Positions 11,641 to 24,830 of a stretch of DNA of 64,000 nucleotides are shown one piece after another. The position numbers were made by a program, and so were the translations under genes. Origin of the DNA: Octopus bimaculoides (taxonomy: Eukaryota); NCBI RefSeq assembly GCF_001194135.2, contig NC_068986.1, positions 34,798,615-34,862,614 on the forward strand. The letters are read 5' to 3'. Within the stretch, counting starts at the first letter, position 1; each line of letters opens with the position of its first letter. The notes beneath the pieces were generated by a model. That model was not told where the DNA came from. It ran no database searches and was given only the letters and a program-made list of their open reading frames with translations.

Positions 11641-14600
11641 GGTGGTGGTGGTTGTGGTAATGAAGGTAATGATGGGGGGGGGGAGTGGCTGGTCGTGAGG
11701 GTGGAATGGAGCACTAGCTCTTGGACAGAACTAGTTGTTGATTTATTTCTTACATTCTTGTGTGGCTGTGATTTATAGGTGCTAGTTCAGTATCTGTTAC
11801 CTTAAATGGCCTTTAGAGCATATCTTCTCATGCCTGACTGGTTTCAGTTCAATGTTCCTGTTGGAAAGAATTGCTTCATTTGATAAGTGTCATCTATTCA
11901 ATGAGAATGAAGCATGAACATTTGATTAAGGTTTGCTATCTGGGGAGTAGAAATGTAAAGGTGACGGGGGGGGGGGNNNNNNNNNNTAGAAATGTAAAGG
12001 TGACGGGGGGGGGGGGTCTTCCTCTCCAGCAACATGAAGAGCTGTCAGCAGTGGTGACTGGCCACACATGAGGCTCACAGATTCTTTATCTCTCAGCCTT
12101 TCTGTCCCACTCTTTATCCCTCCCTCTCTTCCTTTAATCCTCTGCCTCCTCCTCCTCATCTTCATCTTCATCCTTTTCTCTTGCCTTTATCTCCTTATCT
12201 ATCTTTCTCTCTTTCTCTCTCACACAAGAACTGCTGTCACCCTTTTCCTAGTCTACATCTATAGTTAACAATTACACTGACTTGCTATTGCTTTGTAGAA
12301 TGGAGCCAACTGTCCAAGACAAATAATGTGCTGGTCAATTTCTTTCAAATTTCTTTGTGACTGAGATTACAGTTATCAAACAGCTATTTAAAGCAGCAGG
12401 ATGAGGGGAGGATAGGGTCTCCCCCAACCCTTATGATGCTCATCCCTGTTTCTATTCCTGGGTTTTCTTTCCATTAGTTAACAAATTCTCTGGGGATTTT
12501 TGTATTTCATATAAAGGGCAGCTGAACAGCAGAATAGGTGGGTGAAACATTGGACTATATATTTGGCATATACCCTTATGCACACTCAGAGTTCAAATCA
12601 TACTGAAGTTAACTTGGCTGTTCATCCTTCTAGTTCAGTACTTAAGTATCAGTAAAGTACTGGGAATGTGTGACTAATGTAAGCTATTAGAGTGTTGGAG
12701 TGAAAGAAAGAGTACAGCAAAAGTAGATTTGAAGTCTTGCTGTATCCAATAGTCTTCTCATCACTTAGTCGGGAGGATAGGAAGCACTAGTCATCTTTTC
12801 AGAGTTTCTGTGACTGATATAAAGAAGGGACAAAATTATCTGCAAGACCAGAGACCTAGTTTGAATGTCAACGGCAGGATGAACTCTACTAGCCAAAGGA
12901 TAGTATTTAAAAAGTGATAGATTAATTCTACCACCCTGAAACAGATATTTCCTCCTCCATTGAACTTTCATACAATTTCTCCCTACAAAATTTCATTCAC
13001 AGAAATCCGTCCCTCTATTGGGCTTTCATGCAATTACTGCCCACAAAATTTCATTCACAAGACCAAAAATTATGGTGATGTGCAGGGCTATCTTAGCAGT
13101 GTTATAGGCATTCAGGAAAATGAATACAGGGGGCCCTAAAGTATATTTTCATTAGCAGCAAGCAATAACATACATAGATCACAATTTGGGTCATTAGACA
13201 CATCAAGCCACCTGCAGCTGCCCAGTGTGCTCGTCCCTCAAGATAGCACTGGTAGTGAGATTGAGCCCAAATTTATGTCATCATAAAGCAAACTTCTTAA
13301 CTGCATGGCTATGCCTGCACCCATTGATGTGTGTGTGTGCATGCGTGCACATGCATTCCTCTCTTTATTGCATTTATAAAACTACTCACTCTTAAATAAA
13401 TAAAATAAACAGAAGCCAGTGTAGGTCTGGTGGCTCCTTTTTCAGAATGCAGCTGTCTTGGAGTCACTTCCCTACCCAATTCATCTATCAGGTGTGTGGG
13501 TGGAGTGCCATGTCCATACACTTCATCTCTTGTATAATAATAAAACAAGCAAGATTCTTTTAATATAATTAACAGTGTGCTCATTAAAAAGTTATTTATA
13601 ATATTTGGTTACAATATGCTTAAAGCAGCCAGTCTAAAGATCTTGATTAAAATGTATGTAGCTCCTGTGTGTTAAAATATTAGAGATAACAGCACTGTTG
13701 GCTTCTGAGATAAAGGCAAAAATATAAATTTAAAAAAAAAACAGAAAAGAAAAGAAAAATGGTCATTTTTGTTTTTTCTTCGTGCCTCTTTCAATAACTA
13801 TTTACTTGTTTAGTGCTGCCAATAGTGTTTTTTTGTTTTTGGTGGATAGTGGATGAAGTGGGTGTGCAATGAGGTTTCAGGGTGGATCTATCTAGTAGTA
13901 AACTGTGATGGGTGGGATATTGTTGTTGTAGTTGTAATAGTAATAGCAGCAGCAGCAATAATAATAATAATGATAATAATAATAATCCTTTCTATTAAAG
14001 GCACAAGGNNNNNNNNNNNNNNNNNNNNNNNNNNNNNNNNNNNNNNNNNNNNNNNNNNNNNNNNNNNNNNNNNNNNNNNNNNNNNNNNNNNNNNNNNNNN
14101 NNNNNNNNNNNNNNNNNNNNNNNNNNNNNNNNNNNNNNNNNNNNNNNNNNNNNNNNNNNNNNNNNNNNNNNNNNNNNNNNNNNNNNNNNNNNNNNNNNNN
14201 NNNNNNNNNNNNNNNNNNNNNNNNNNNNNNNNNNNNNNNNNNNNNNNNNNNNNNNNNNNNNNNNNNNNNNNNNNNNNNNNNNNNNNNNNNNNNNNNNNNN
14301 NNNNNNNNNNNNNNNNNNNNNNNNNNNNNNNNNNNNNNNNNNNNNNNNNNNNNNNNNNNNNNNNNNNNNNNNNNNNNNNNNNNNNNNNNNNNNNNNNNNN
14401 NNNNNNNNNNNNNNNNNNNNNNNNNNNNNNNNNNNGGGGGGGGGGGTTGTTACTGTGGTAGTAACAAAATTTCAGTCCCAGTTGACAAGTAGCTCTTCTT
14501 ATCTATTACATCTCTGTTCATTGTGATTAATAATCAACCAGTTTTTTTGACTTGACTATATTTATATTAGTATGCATACACGTATACAGATAGTTGTTGT

Positions 14601-15316
14601 TTTTTAACATTCTTCTTCAACTCATTTCCACATATCTCTCTTTTGGCCTTTTCACTGTCCTTTCTTTAATTCCCCCAATCCCTACATCTTTCTAACTCTC
14701 ATCCCATGCTCTCATCATACTCATTCTTACAGTGGTTTTTACATTATGAGGTGTGGGGTATCACTCTACATAAAATCTTTCTTGCTTCAGTTACATCTAA
14801 CTTTGTTCATAACATGTTATGTTACTGTGCTCCTGTATTAATATTGTGCTGACATATGCACCAGAAAGCTAACTTTCTTAATAACATAGGCGCTAACTAT
14901 GAAAATAATACATTACTTTAGAATTATTAAAATTTTGTATTACAGTTCACTGGAGAGGAATGGACAAATTGATGGGAAAATTACAAATAGAATGGAAGTA
15001 TAAGTCTAGGGGGTCATGATGTGTATTTAAAATAAAACTTTAAAAAACAGATAAATAAAAACCACTTTGCTGCTGGTACACATTCTGTCTGGTCAGGATA
15101 ATTGTAGTAGATGTGTAGTAAAAACATTTCAGGTGAAAGGGCATGACAAAAGGTAAAACTTAATGAGTAAGAACTACATTTATGATGTACAATAACTGTC
15201 ATTATATCACATCAGATTTTATTCAAATTCATGCACTAGTTACATTTTTATGATTTTTTTTTATAATTGGCCTAACTACATTTCATCAAAATCTCTAAGT
15301 ATATATTGTAAATACT

Positions 15317-15411
15317 TCAGGACTCTAGTCAGTCAGGACTCTAGTCAATCAGGACTCTAGTCAATCAGGACTCTAGTCAATTCAGGACTCTCGTCAATTC
15401 AGGACTCTAGT
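15317..15411. repeat. Minisatellite, about 5.8 x 16-17 bp (TCAGGACTCTAGTCAA)
   Basis: Units start at 15317, 15333, 15349, 15365, 15382 and 15399. Confidence 0.95.
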
Positions 15412-15479
15412 AGTTCAAGTATTATATTGGTACTCTGTTGTTGTTGTTTGTTGTTAGATATCTTCTTTTACATATTTTT

Positions 15480-15861
15480 TTTTAATTGTTTCGATCATTA
15501 AACTGCAGCCATGCTGGAGCACCACCATGAAGGGTTTTGTAAAACAAATCAACCCCAGTACTTCTTTTTTAAAGTTTTTTAAAGATTCTGTCGGTCTCTT
15601 TTTACCAAACTGCTAAGTTACTGGGATGTAAACAAATCCATGGCAGTTGTCAAGTGGTGGAGAGATAGGGGAGCACACACATACATGCATACACATACAC
15701 AACAGGCTTCATTTAGTTTCCATCTACCAAAATCCACTCACAAGGCTTTGGTCAGCTCAGGGCTCTAATAGAAGATACGTGCTTAAAGTTCCACATAGTA
15801 GGACTGAACCCAAGACCACATGGCTGGGAAACAAGTTTCTTAACCAAACAGCCATGCCTGC
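15480..15861 (-). mobile_element. SINE family A, diverged full length
   Basis: CCATGCTGGAGCACC 3' block and ACAAGGCTTTGGTC/CAGCCATGCCTGC head on the minus strand. Confidence 0.8.
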
Positions 15862-16673
15862 AAAAATTTTATTAAAAAAATGTATTCCTCTTGTGGATGT
15901 TTCACTAGAGCTTGGATTCACAACAGACAGGTCACTGATGTTCTTCATGGGTTTCAAACTGTTTCAAAAATTCTTTGAATTTAATATATTTCTAGACTAT
16001 TGAACAGTTGATGGTTTATAGATAGTCATTTTGTGTCGCAATCTGTTTGAATTTTTGCTTACGTAACCCTTGCCAATGATAGGAATGGAGTGGGTGGATA
16101 CACAAGGATATTTTTCTATGTAAGATATAATATATTTGGGCCATGAATATTTGTGAAAAAAGCAAATGTGGGCCATTACACATAGATGTTGTTGCTCCCT
16201 GCAAATGTCACATCAGCTCATCAGAAAAGACTTGGAGTAAAACAGTCAGTTCAGACAACTGCATTTATGGGTTCAGGAGGGCCTAGGAGGTAGGGCTATT
16301 CTTATAGTTTATCCAACTTATTTGACTGAAGTGAACGTTGGTGTTAAATTAATGGCAAGGGGTGATGATGTAACCTTCATAAATAAACTGAATCTCAGAA
16401 TCCTTAAAAATTAATGGATTCCCCACCCCCTCTGTCTCTCTGTCTTTCTCTCAGATATAACATGTAAAGAATATGAAGTAGGATAATAGCTCTGTATGTG
16501 TATGTTTGTGAGTGTGTAAAATAATGAAGGCACTATACACAATATAAAACCAAAATGGAAAAAAAATCAATCACTCATTGTGACTGAGGGTGCAGGGTAG
16601 CACCTACATTGCTAGAAATAAGAGCCAAAAAGCCCTTATAGCTGCAGGAAGCACATCATATATTGACAGGGTA

Positions 16674-16702
<29 letters not shown>

Positions 16703-16704
<2 letters not shown>

Positions 16705-17126
16705 CTTTTTTACTCTTTTACCTGTTTCAGTCATTTGACTGTGGCCATGCTGGAGCCACCGCCTTTAGTCGAGCAAATCGACCCCAGGACTTATTCTTTG
16801 TAAGCCTAGTACTTATTCTATAGGTCTCTTTTGCTGAACCGCTAAGTTATGGGGACATAAACACACCAGCATTGGTTGTCAAGCGATGTTGGGGTGGGGG
16901 GACAAACACAGACACACAAACATATACACACACACATACATACATATATATATACATACATATATATGATGGGCTCCTTTCAGTTTCCGTCTACCAAATC
17001 TACTCACAAGGCTTTGATCGGCCCGAGGCTATACTAGAAGACACTTGCCCAAGGTGCCATGCAGTGGGAACTGAACCCAGAACCATGTGGTTGGTAAGCA
17101 AGCTACTTACCTCACAGCCACTCCTA

Positions 17127-17129
<3 letters not shown>
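16703..17129 (-). mobile_element. SINE family A, full length with internal microsatellite
   Basis: tRNA-like head (TGGCTGTG..GG, GGTTCAGTTCCC), central (TA/TG)n and (AAAAGAGT)n tail. Confidence 0.9.
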
Positions 17130-17184
<55 letters not shown>

Positions 17185-18034
17185 TAGTTATACTCACACA
17201 CACACACACACCACTAGAAGAGTGCCGAATTTGCTTCCTTTTGTTATATTAGAACACCAAACTTACAAGGAGAGAATTCATTCCCCCTGTCCTTCGCCCT
17301 GCCCCTCCCCCCTTTCCAGCCCCCATCACCACACCCACCCTTGTGATGCAACCTAATGCAGGGCATACAATACACGGCTTCAGCTGCATTGTGCATATTG
17401 ATTTAAAAAGAAATTGTTAATACGATGCAGTTATATTGCAAATATTTATGTGTCTGTGGCTGGTCCATGCATCATGCATATTTACTGTTTGCAAGCAAGG
17501 CAATTGCCAAGTATTGTTAGCTTATGTGGATGATGGAGATATTAGTCTTGGGACAAATAGCAACATTGCGTGCATGTGCACGTCTGTCTGTCTGTATGTA
17601 TGTATGTATGTGTGGGGTTTTTTTTTTTTTTTTTTTTTAAAAACACCAACATGAACGTCTATGATGATGGTGATGATGATAGTAATAATAATAAGGATAA
17701 TAATGATGATGATGATGATAATGATAGCTGAATGTGAACTGGCTAAAGCTGTTGTTCATGTTAAGAACTTAAAACTCTACTGTTTTACTTATATTGCTGT
17801 AGAATCTTTTTTTAATTTTAGATGTTTGTTGCCAACTTCGGCACCATCATCAATGCCGCCACCACCACCACTTCTAGCAACAGTAGCTTTTATATTCTTC
17901 TTTTTTTTTTTTTTTTCTGGTGTTTCTTGATTTTCCATTCCTTACTCTGCTATTGATAACATTTCTTGCATTTCTTTTCCATTCCAAGTTTTTTATTTTA
18001 TTTTATTTTATATTTATTATCACCATCATCATTT

Positions 18035-18084
<50 letters not shown>

Positions 18085-18649
18085 TTTTTTTTTTTTGTAA
18101 AGTGTGATAAATTATTTCATCGCCTTTAGAAATACTGCTGACTGTTTCTTTCTGTCTTTTTCTTTGGGCACTATCTGATTGTTGCTGCTGAAGAAAGAAC
18201 TTATCAGATTTTTTTTTATATATTTATTATATTTTATGTTTTGCATTTATTATTATTATTATTATTATTATCATCATTATTATTATCATCTTTCTCCCCC
18301 CATTTTTTTTTATTTTGGTAAGAAGAAGTGTGTGGGGTGGTGGTGGCGGTGGAGGGTTTTGGAACTGAAGGAATTACCATATTCAAACAAAAGAGAAATA
18401 TTACAGCGCTGTTTCTTAATGCCATTGCCATGTAGCTCCACTACACACCTCATTGTCAATCCAGGAGTTTCATTTCAAATGAAAATTAATGTAATTTTAG
18501 AGAAATGCAAAAAAATAAATAAATAAATAAAAAAGTCTTTAAGCATTTATTTATGACATATATGTACGTATGTGTGTGTATGTATAAATATCTGTGTGTG
18601 TATGTTGTGTGTATATGTATGCATGTATATACATGTGTGCGTATCTTTT

Positions 18650-18800
18650 GTATAGCCCTAGGTTAGCCCCGATTGAAATGCCATTCCTGCAGCGACTGTC
18701 CTATCTTTTCTGAAAAGCAATTTGGCATACTTAGATTTAGCTGCTATTTCTAGCAAGTCAAGTAACTGCATATAGTCTCCTTCATTGGTCTCGTTTTCAT
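18650..18800 (-). mobile_element. Family G fragment
   Basis: GATTTAGCTGCTATTTCTAGCA motif shared with 33195 and 30230. Confidence 0.5.
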
Positions 18801-18856
18801 CTCCTGTTTCTTTAATGCAATATTTCAGAGCATATAATATTGTTTGAATGTGATTC

Positions 18857-19045
18857 AAGGTGACAAGCTGGCAGAATCGTTAGAGCATCAGAAACATTGT
18901 TTTGTGGCATTCGTTGCAGTACATTACATCCTAGGTTCAAATCCACTAGGGTCACTTTGCCTTTCAACCTTAAGGATCAAGTACCCAAGTTGAAAGTACA
19001 ATAAACCTTCAATTAGCACAGGTGTTACGCCCCTCCCCATCCCCA
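18857..19045 (+). mobile_element. SINE family B, diverged
   Basis: AAGGTGACAAGCTGGCAGAATCGTTAG head and GGTTCAAATCC B-box. Confidence 0.75.
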
Positions 19046-19099
19046 GGACGATAGGTGAAAATCTACGAAGTAGAAACAGTACTGTATATTTTTTATAAT

Positions 19100-19374
19100 T
19101 TACTCTTTTTACTCTTTTACTTGTTTTAGTCATTTGACTGTGGCCATGCTGGAGCACCGCCTTTTTAGTCGAGCTAATCGACCCCAGGACTTATTCTTTG
19201 TAAGCTTAGTATTTATTCTATCGGTCTCATTAGCTGAACTGTTAAGTTACGGGGACGTAAACACACCAGCATCAGTTGTCAAGTGATGTTGTGGGGACAA
19301 ACACACACACACACAAACATACACACACACACACACACACACACANNNNNNNNNNCAAACACACACACACACAA

Positions 19375-19418
<44 letters not shown>

Positions 19419-19581
19419 ATATATACGATGGGCTTCTTTCAATTTCCGTCTACCAAATCCACTCACGAAGCTTTGGTCGGCCTGAGGCTATACTAGAAGA
19501 CACTTGCCCAAGGTGCCACGCAGTGGGACTGAACCCGGAACCATGTGGTTCGTAAGCAAGCTACTTACCACACAGCCACTG
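19100..19581 (-). mobile_element. SINE family A, full length, young
   Basis: Highly similar to 16703-17129. Has a 10-N gap in the internal (CA)n. Confidence 0.9.
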
Positions 19582-20328
19582 TATATATTTATTTTATTAT
19601 GAATGCAAAACAACACCACAGAGGAATCGACACAAACTTAAATAACAAACCATGATAGGTGAACCGTGAAATGGCTAGCAGTCATTGTATTGACTACTAA
19701 CTCTTCCCCATAAAACTGCAGGTCTGGTTCCTAAATTAGAAACATTTAAAACTGGTTCTAAATTCCTCACAATTCTTTTTAAGAATCCAACTTTATACTG
19801 TAAGAAGTGGTAGCCATATTTTCTAAACAGATAGCAGATGATGATACTTGGTAGTTTTCTTTTAGTTTCAATAATTTCTGTTTTGATTAACCTTTGCCTG
19901 TCCTGTGTATCACATGTAGTACATATTTTCCTGGTATCCATACACTATATATGATACATATTCTTTTTTTTTTTCCCCATTTGCCAAAATAACTTGGGAC
20001 ATACGAAGGAAAGCTTTATATTACTCAGAACATATTAAACAAGAGTTAACAGTTTGAAAAGAAGCATGGATGTTTAGGGCAAACTTATAAAAAGGGTTTG
20101 GGCAGACAGGGTTAATAAAAAAAAAAAAAAGACCTTCCTCAAGAGCTGGAGTTTTAAACTTAAGACATGGCTTGCCATTATTACTGCCACCTTTCAGAAG
20201 TGGAAGCTTGTTTTTAAATTCTTCACATGAACTTAAAACTTCACTTATATTTCTAAGAGACCGTCATCCATTTTCTATTCTTTTGATGTTTTTTTTTTTA
20301 TTTAAATTTTTTGTTTTAATCTAGAAAG

Positions 20329-20421
<93 letters not shown>

Positions 20422-20480
20422 CTCTCTTTTCTACTGTCCCTCTACCATACTCTGGCCTCTCGCCACCTAGTACTAAGCCA

Positions 20481-20698
20481 CCTTTAGCATTAAAATTACT
20501 CTGTCAAATGTAAAGCTTTTATATTCACATCATTTTAAATTAATCATGCATTATTTTATGGCTTTGAGATTTCAATGATGTGATTGTTTAATTTCAAAAT
20601 GACACTGCCGGGTAAGTGTGAAAGGCCAGATCTGACCAGCTTGAAGATAAAACAGAATATTCTAGCCAGATTTGACTGGTTTAATAAATGCTAAAGGC
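20481..20698. mobile_element. MITE family E
   Basis: CCTTTAGCATT ... AATGCTAAAGGC TTAA (20699-20702). Confidence 0.8.
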
Positions 20699-20716
20699 TT
20701 AATACTGTTCCCCACT

Positions 20717-20950
20717 CAGTTGAGGATCTTGTCTTGCAAATTACTTGGTGATCTTGCTGGTTCTGGTGCTAGGGTCACACAGAAAGTACCAGCACACTCT
20801 GTAAAGTGGTTTGCATTGAAAAAGAGCATCCAGTTGTAGAAACCATGCCAAAGCAGACAGTGAAGCTTGGTGCAGTCTTCTGGCTTATCAGCCCCTGTCA
20901 AACCGTCCAACCCATACCAGCATGGAAGGTAGACATTAAATGATGGTGAT
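20717..20950 (+). mobile_element. Family D 3' end
   Basis: GAGCATCCAGTTGTAGAAACCATGCC..CCAACCCATACCAGCATGGAA followed by a TGATGGTGAT tail. Confidence 0.8.
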
Positions 20951-21375
20951 TGGTGATGAAAGCGATGGCTCATCTCATTCTCAGACCACCTGGTTTCTTC
21001 TTAATTGCTAAAATATATCTTAAACGGTGCAATCATTTCCTCACCTTTACCCCCCACACTCTATACACCTCCTCTGTGTCATTGATTAAAAGTAGTCTGA
21101 TGCACTTCGACAATCAGTCAGAGCCTAATTGAGACAATCCACAGTATTTACGTTGGCACCAGAAGTTAGATGCCAGCTGACTAAGCTTGCAGTTCCTGTG
21201 TTTTCTGTTGCCCAATCTTATATTGTACTAATATTTATATTGATGTTAGACAATTCACATCTTTGGTTGGCAACATTATTGCTGGTTGTTGCTTTTGTTT
21301 CTCTTCTTCTCTTGAAGCTAACATCTGTTTATAATGTTTAATAGTAAACAGAGTCCCATGAACGAGTATGTGTGT

Positions 21376-21441
21376 GTGTGTGTGTGTGTATTTATACATA
21401 TATAATGAATATATGTGTGTTAATATGTGTATGTGTATATA

Positions 21442-21477
<36 letters not shown>

Positions 21478-21576
21478 GATCTATATAAAATTGTGTGTAC
21501 GTACATGTATACATGTGTGTGGGTGTGTATGTATATGTGCACATATGTATCAATATATATATATACATATATGTAT

Positions 21577-21650
<74 letters not shown>
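21376..21650. repeat. Compound (TG)/(TA)/(CA) microsatellite, representative of dozens in the window
   Basis: Directly visible. Others include (CT)n 3005-3056, 20329-20419, 45601-45675, 55061-55146; (TA)n 27261-27318; (ATT)n 43338-43405, 54086-54180. Confidence 0.98.
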
Positions 21651-21651
<1 letters not shown>

Positions 21652-22750
21652 GTCTTTTTGTGGGAACTGTGAGTTTGTCCATTCCTTAAATGGAACTGCA
21701 TTAAATTTTGTGATCTTAATCAGTATTACTTTTCTTTTCTTTTCTTTACTTTTACAATAACATTGCAAAATGTTTTTTTTTTTGCTTTTTGTCCCCCCCC
21801 CCCCCCCATTTGCCATCAAGAGATAATGGACGTTAAAGAGAAACACTGTAATTAAAAGCAAATGATTTGCAGTGTTCACATTGAAGCTTATTCCGTAACC
21901 TTAATGTTTTTAAATTCAACCATTCTTTTTAATGTCATGTATGATTTTTATTCCATATAAGAAATCGGAAGACAATCATGCCAATTCAAAAATCTAATTG
22001 AAATATTAATCAATAATACATGAGATGTGGGTGTTGGTGGTGGGAGTCTTTAAAATTTTTGAATGTCAAATTTCCTTTCCTGATGCGTTCTATCAGTGAT
22101 AATGAACTTTCGGCTACTAATATCTTCCATTCTCTATGCATCCACTTAACTGTGTGAAATGGGGCAAGTCCTTTAGCTTGGTAGTATCAAGAACCCAATG
22201 ACTGCTATGCATTCTTCTTTTATCTGGTAGAGTGAGGTCATTATATGTAGAAATCATGTCCTCCGCAAAGTATTCAGCTAACTAGTGTCTAGTGCATAGT
22301 AAATGTCAACAGCAAAGGTTAAGTTTCCTTGTCCTCTTCAGTATTTAAATTGAACTTCATGCATTAAACATGAAGTCTCAATGTTTAACCAGCCAGGGGC
22401 TGCCGCTAGAACTCCTAGCAGTAGGAATAACTACTTCAGCAAAATTCCTTTATTCCAAAATAGAATTAAACAAAACAAAACGGATTATTTAGTTCATTTA
22501 TGACGCCACTATGTTATTTTTGTTTGATTTCAGTAGGTGTGTGGGTGGAAGGGACTTTGATTTCCCCCCTCCCATGAAACATTCTTCATCTAAGAATGAA
22601 GTGGCATGTTGGGGATAAGTGCCTCCCAACCCAATGGCCTCTCTTACTGTGTTGATAAGGCAAACAGTCAACAGCAAAAAATTTTCGTGGGACTTTATTT
22701 TCTTTCCTTCATTTTATGTTTCGCGGTGTTAATATTTTATGGTACCCCTT

Positions 22751-22958
22751 AAGGTAACGATGCTAACGAGAATTGTTAGCACACTGGGCAAAATGCTTAA
22801 CAACATCTCGTCCATCTTTACATTCTGAGTTCAAATTCTACTGAAGTCGACTTTACTTTTCATCCTTTTGGGGTTGATAAAATAAGTACCTGGAGTTAAT
22901 ATAATTGACTTACCCACCTCCCCTAAAATTGCTGGCCTTGCACCAAAATTTGAAACAA
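22751..22958 (+). mobile_element. SINE family B
   Basis: GAATTGTTAGCAC head, GAGTTCAAATT B-box, core and GGCCTTG tail block. Confidence 0.85.
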
Positions 22959-23367
22959 CTATTTCATGGTGCCCCTATATCCATTCCCTTCAGAAAATGA
23001 TAAAATTCTTTAGTTATACAGCAGAAATGGTTAAAACACAATCAATTCCTAATTTATATTATTTTTATATCACATTTTTTATGAAAAATATCAGTGTTGG
23101 TTACAGGATATCCAATGGGTCACTGCATTTATAATGACAGTGAAATAGTGATAATTTGGGTGGAACAAATACCAAAAGGTATTTTTGTTCAAAAGTACTG
23201 GTTTATTGGTTTTCTAGTTAATCAGTTTTTATTATACACTGGTGAAAGATATACACACAGATAGACAGGATTATTTTGAATGTCAAATTTCCTATCCTAA
23301 TGTAATTCTCACATTGGTAATGAGTGATTGGCTGCTGGTGTCTTTTATTCTATATGCATCTGCTTAA

Positions 23368-23993
23368 CACTTTTGATACTGGCTTGCCTAAAATCACCCC
23401 TAGGTCTCTGATAAAAACTTCCGGTTTTGAAGTGATCTAAATTCAAATCTTCTCTCAAAATTTCAATTTAAGTTCCAAACACCAGCTTAATAATTCTTTC
23501 CACTATAGGCACAAGGCCTGAAATTTTGAGGGGAGGGGAATAGACTTAACGAGTACTTATTTTATTGGCCTCCGAAAGGATGAAAGGCAAAGTCAACCTC
23601 AATGGAACTGGAACTTGGAACTTAATGACGTGCAAAATACCACTGAGCATTTTTTGTTCAATGCATGCTAAGGATTCTACCAGCTTGTCGCCTTACACCA
23701 GTTTAATTATGGTTTCAAGTTTTGGCACAAGGCCAGCAATTTCGGGTAAGAGGATAAGGCGATTACATCAACCTGTTCAACTGATACTTATTTTATTGAT
23801 CCCAAAAGCTGAAGTTTAACTCAGAGCATAAGGATGGACAAAATATTACTAGGCATTTCATTTGGTGTGCTAATGATTCTGCCAGCTTGCCATCTTAATA
23901 ATGATAATGACAGTTAATTTATTAAATTCTTCATTCTTTTCAAAATTATTACAAACAGTTGAATATTTCGATAGAAATACACTAACAGAAGGG
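23368..23993. mobile_element. piggyBac-like MITE family F interrupted by two SINE B copies
   Basis: TTAA 23364-23367 and 23994-23997. Ends CACTTTTGATACT / CTAACAGAAGGG. Internal halves match the 29987-30208 copy. Confidence 0.85.
23491..23897 (-). mobile_element. Two tandem SINE B copies (23491-23695, 23706-23897)
   Basis: Both carry the reverse-complement core and head. The pair is flanked by TAATAAT (23488-23494, 23896-23902). Confidence 0.85.
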
Positions 23994-24499
23994 TTAAGCT
24001 ATGTGAAGGAACAAGTCCTTTCGTATAATAGTATCTAGAACCCAATGTCTGCCATGTATTCTTCTTTTATCTAATATAGAGAGGTCATTATATGTATAGA
24101 CCATGTCCACAGTGTCTGATGTATACTAAATGTGTTTAGTTACCATTTCAGACATTCACAGGGATATGTGTGTGCGTAGTTTAAGTCAAGGTGAAGAGGC
24201 AGTTTGAGAATTTGATATTCTAGTCTTTCATCTGACAATTTTGATAATTTACCTGGAGAAACTGCAGTAAATCATAATCTTGGACTGTCTTCAACTTGGT
24301 ATATGTGATTTATTTTGTTCTACATCTTCATAACAGTGAGCGTATGGCAGAGGTGTGTGTGTGTGCACGTGCGTATACTTACGTGTATGCATGCATGCAT
24401 GTATGTATACGCATATAAAACTCTCTACTTTGAATAAGATAGCAATTCACACCACTGTGAAACCACATGCACACACATACACAATTATATGTACATGTA

Positions 24500-24830
24500 T
24501 GTTTTCTTTCAGTGTCTGTCTCCCAAATTCACTTTCAAAGCTTTGGTTGGCATTGAGCTATAGTAGGGAACACTTACCCAAGGTGCCACACAGTGGGACC
24601 AGAGCCTGAAACCATGTGGTTGAGGAAGCTGATCATGTATACATACATACATACATGTATATTTATATACATACATACATACATGCATGATCAGCTTCCA
24701 AATTCTACTTGAGAGACACTGGTTAATCCAATGCTATAACAAAAGGCACTCTACTCCAGGTGCCACACACCAAGGTTGAACTTGGAACCATGTGGTTGAG
24801 AAGCAGATCTCTTTAATCACACACCGATGT
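24500..24830 (-). mobile_element. Two SINE A head fragments separated by a small foldback
   Basis: AGGTGCCACAC..ACCATGTGGTTGAG occurs twice. Confidence 0.7.

Larger units (their letters stand above)
22060..24108 (+). repeat. Two copies of a sequence of about 200 bp (22060-22261 and 23274-24108, the second split by MITE F)
   Basis: Shared TGAATGTCAAATTTCCT, AGTA..AGAACCCAATG and GAGGTCATTATATGTA blocks in the same order. Confidence 0.85.

Noticed and set aside
11946-12017. Direct repeat TAGAAATGTAAAGGTGACG(G)n on both sides of a 10-N gap
   Set aside because: Typical unmerged contig overlap, an assembly artefact.
22390-22980. Possible hAT-like ends (CAGGGGCTGCC.. / GGTGCCCCT) around a SINE B; similar at about 13080-13140
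   Set aside because: Too degraded to define TIRs or an 8-bp TSD.
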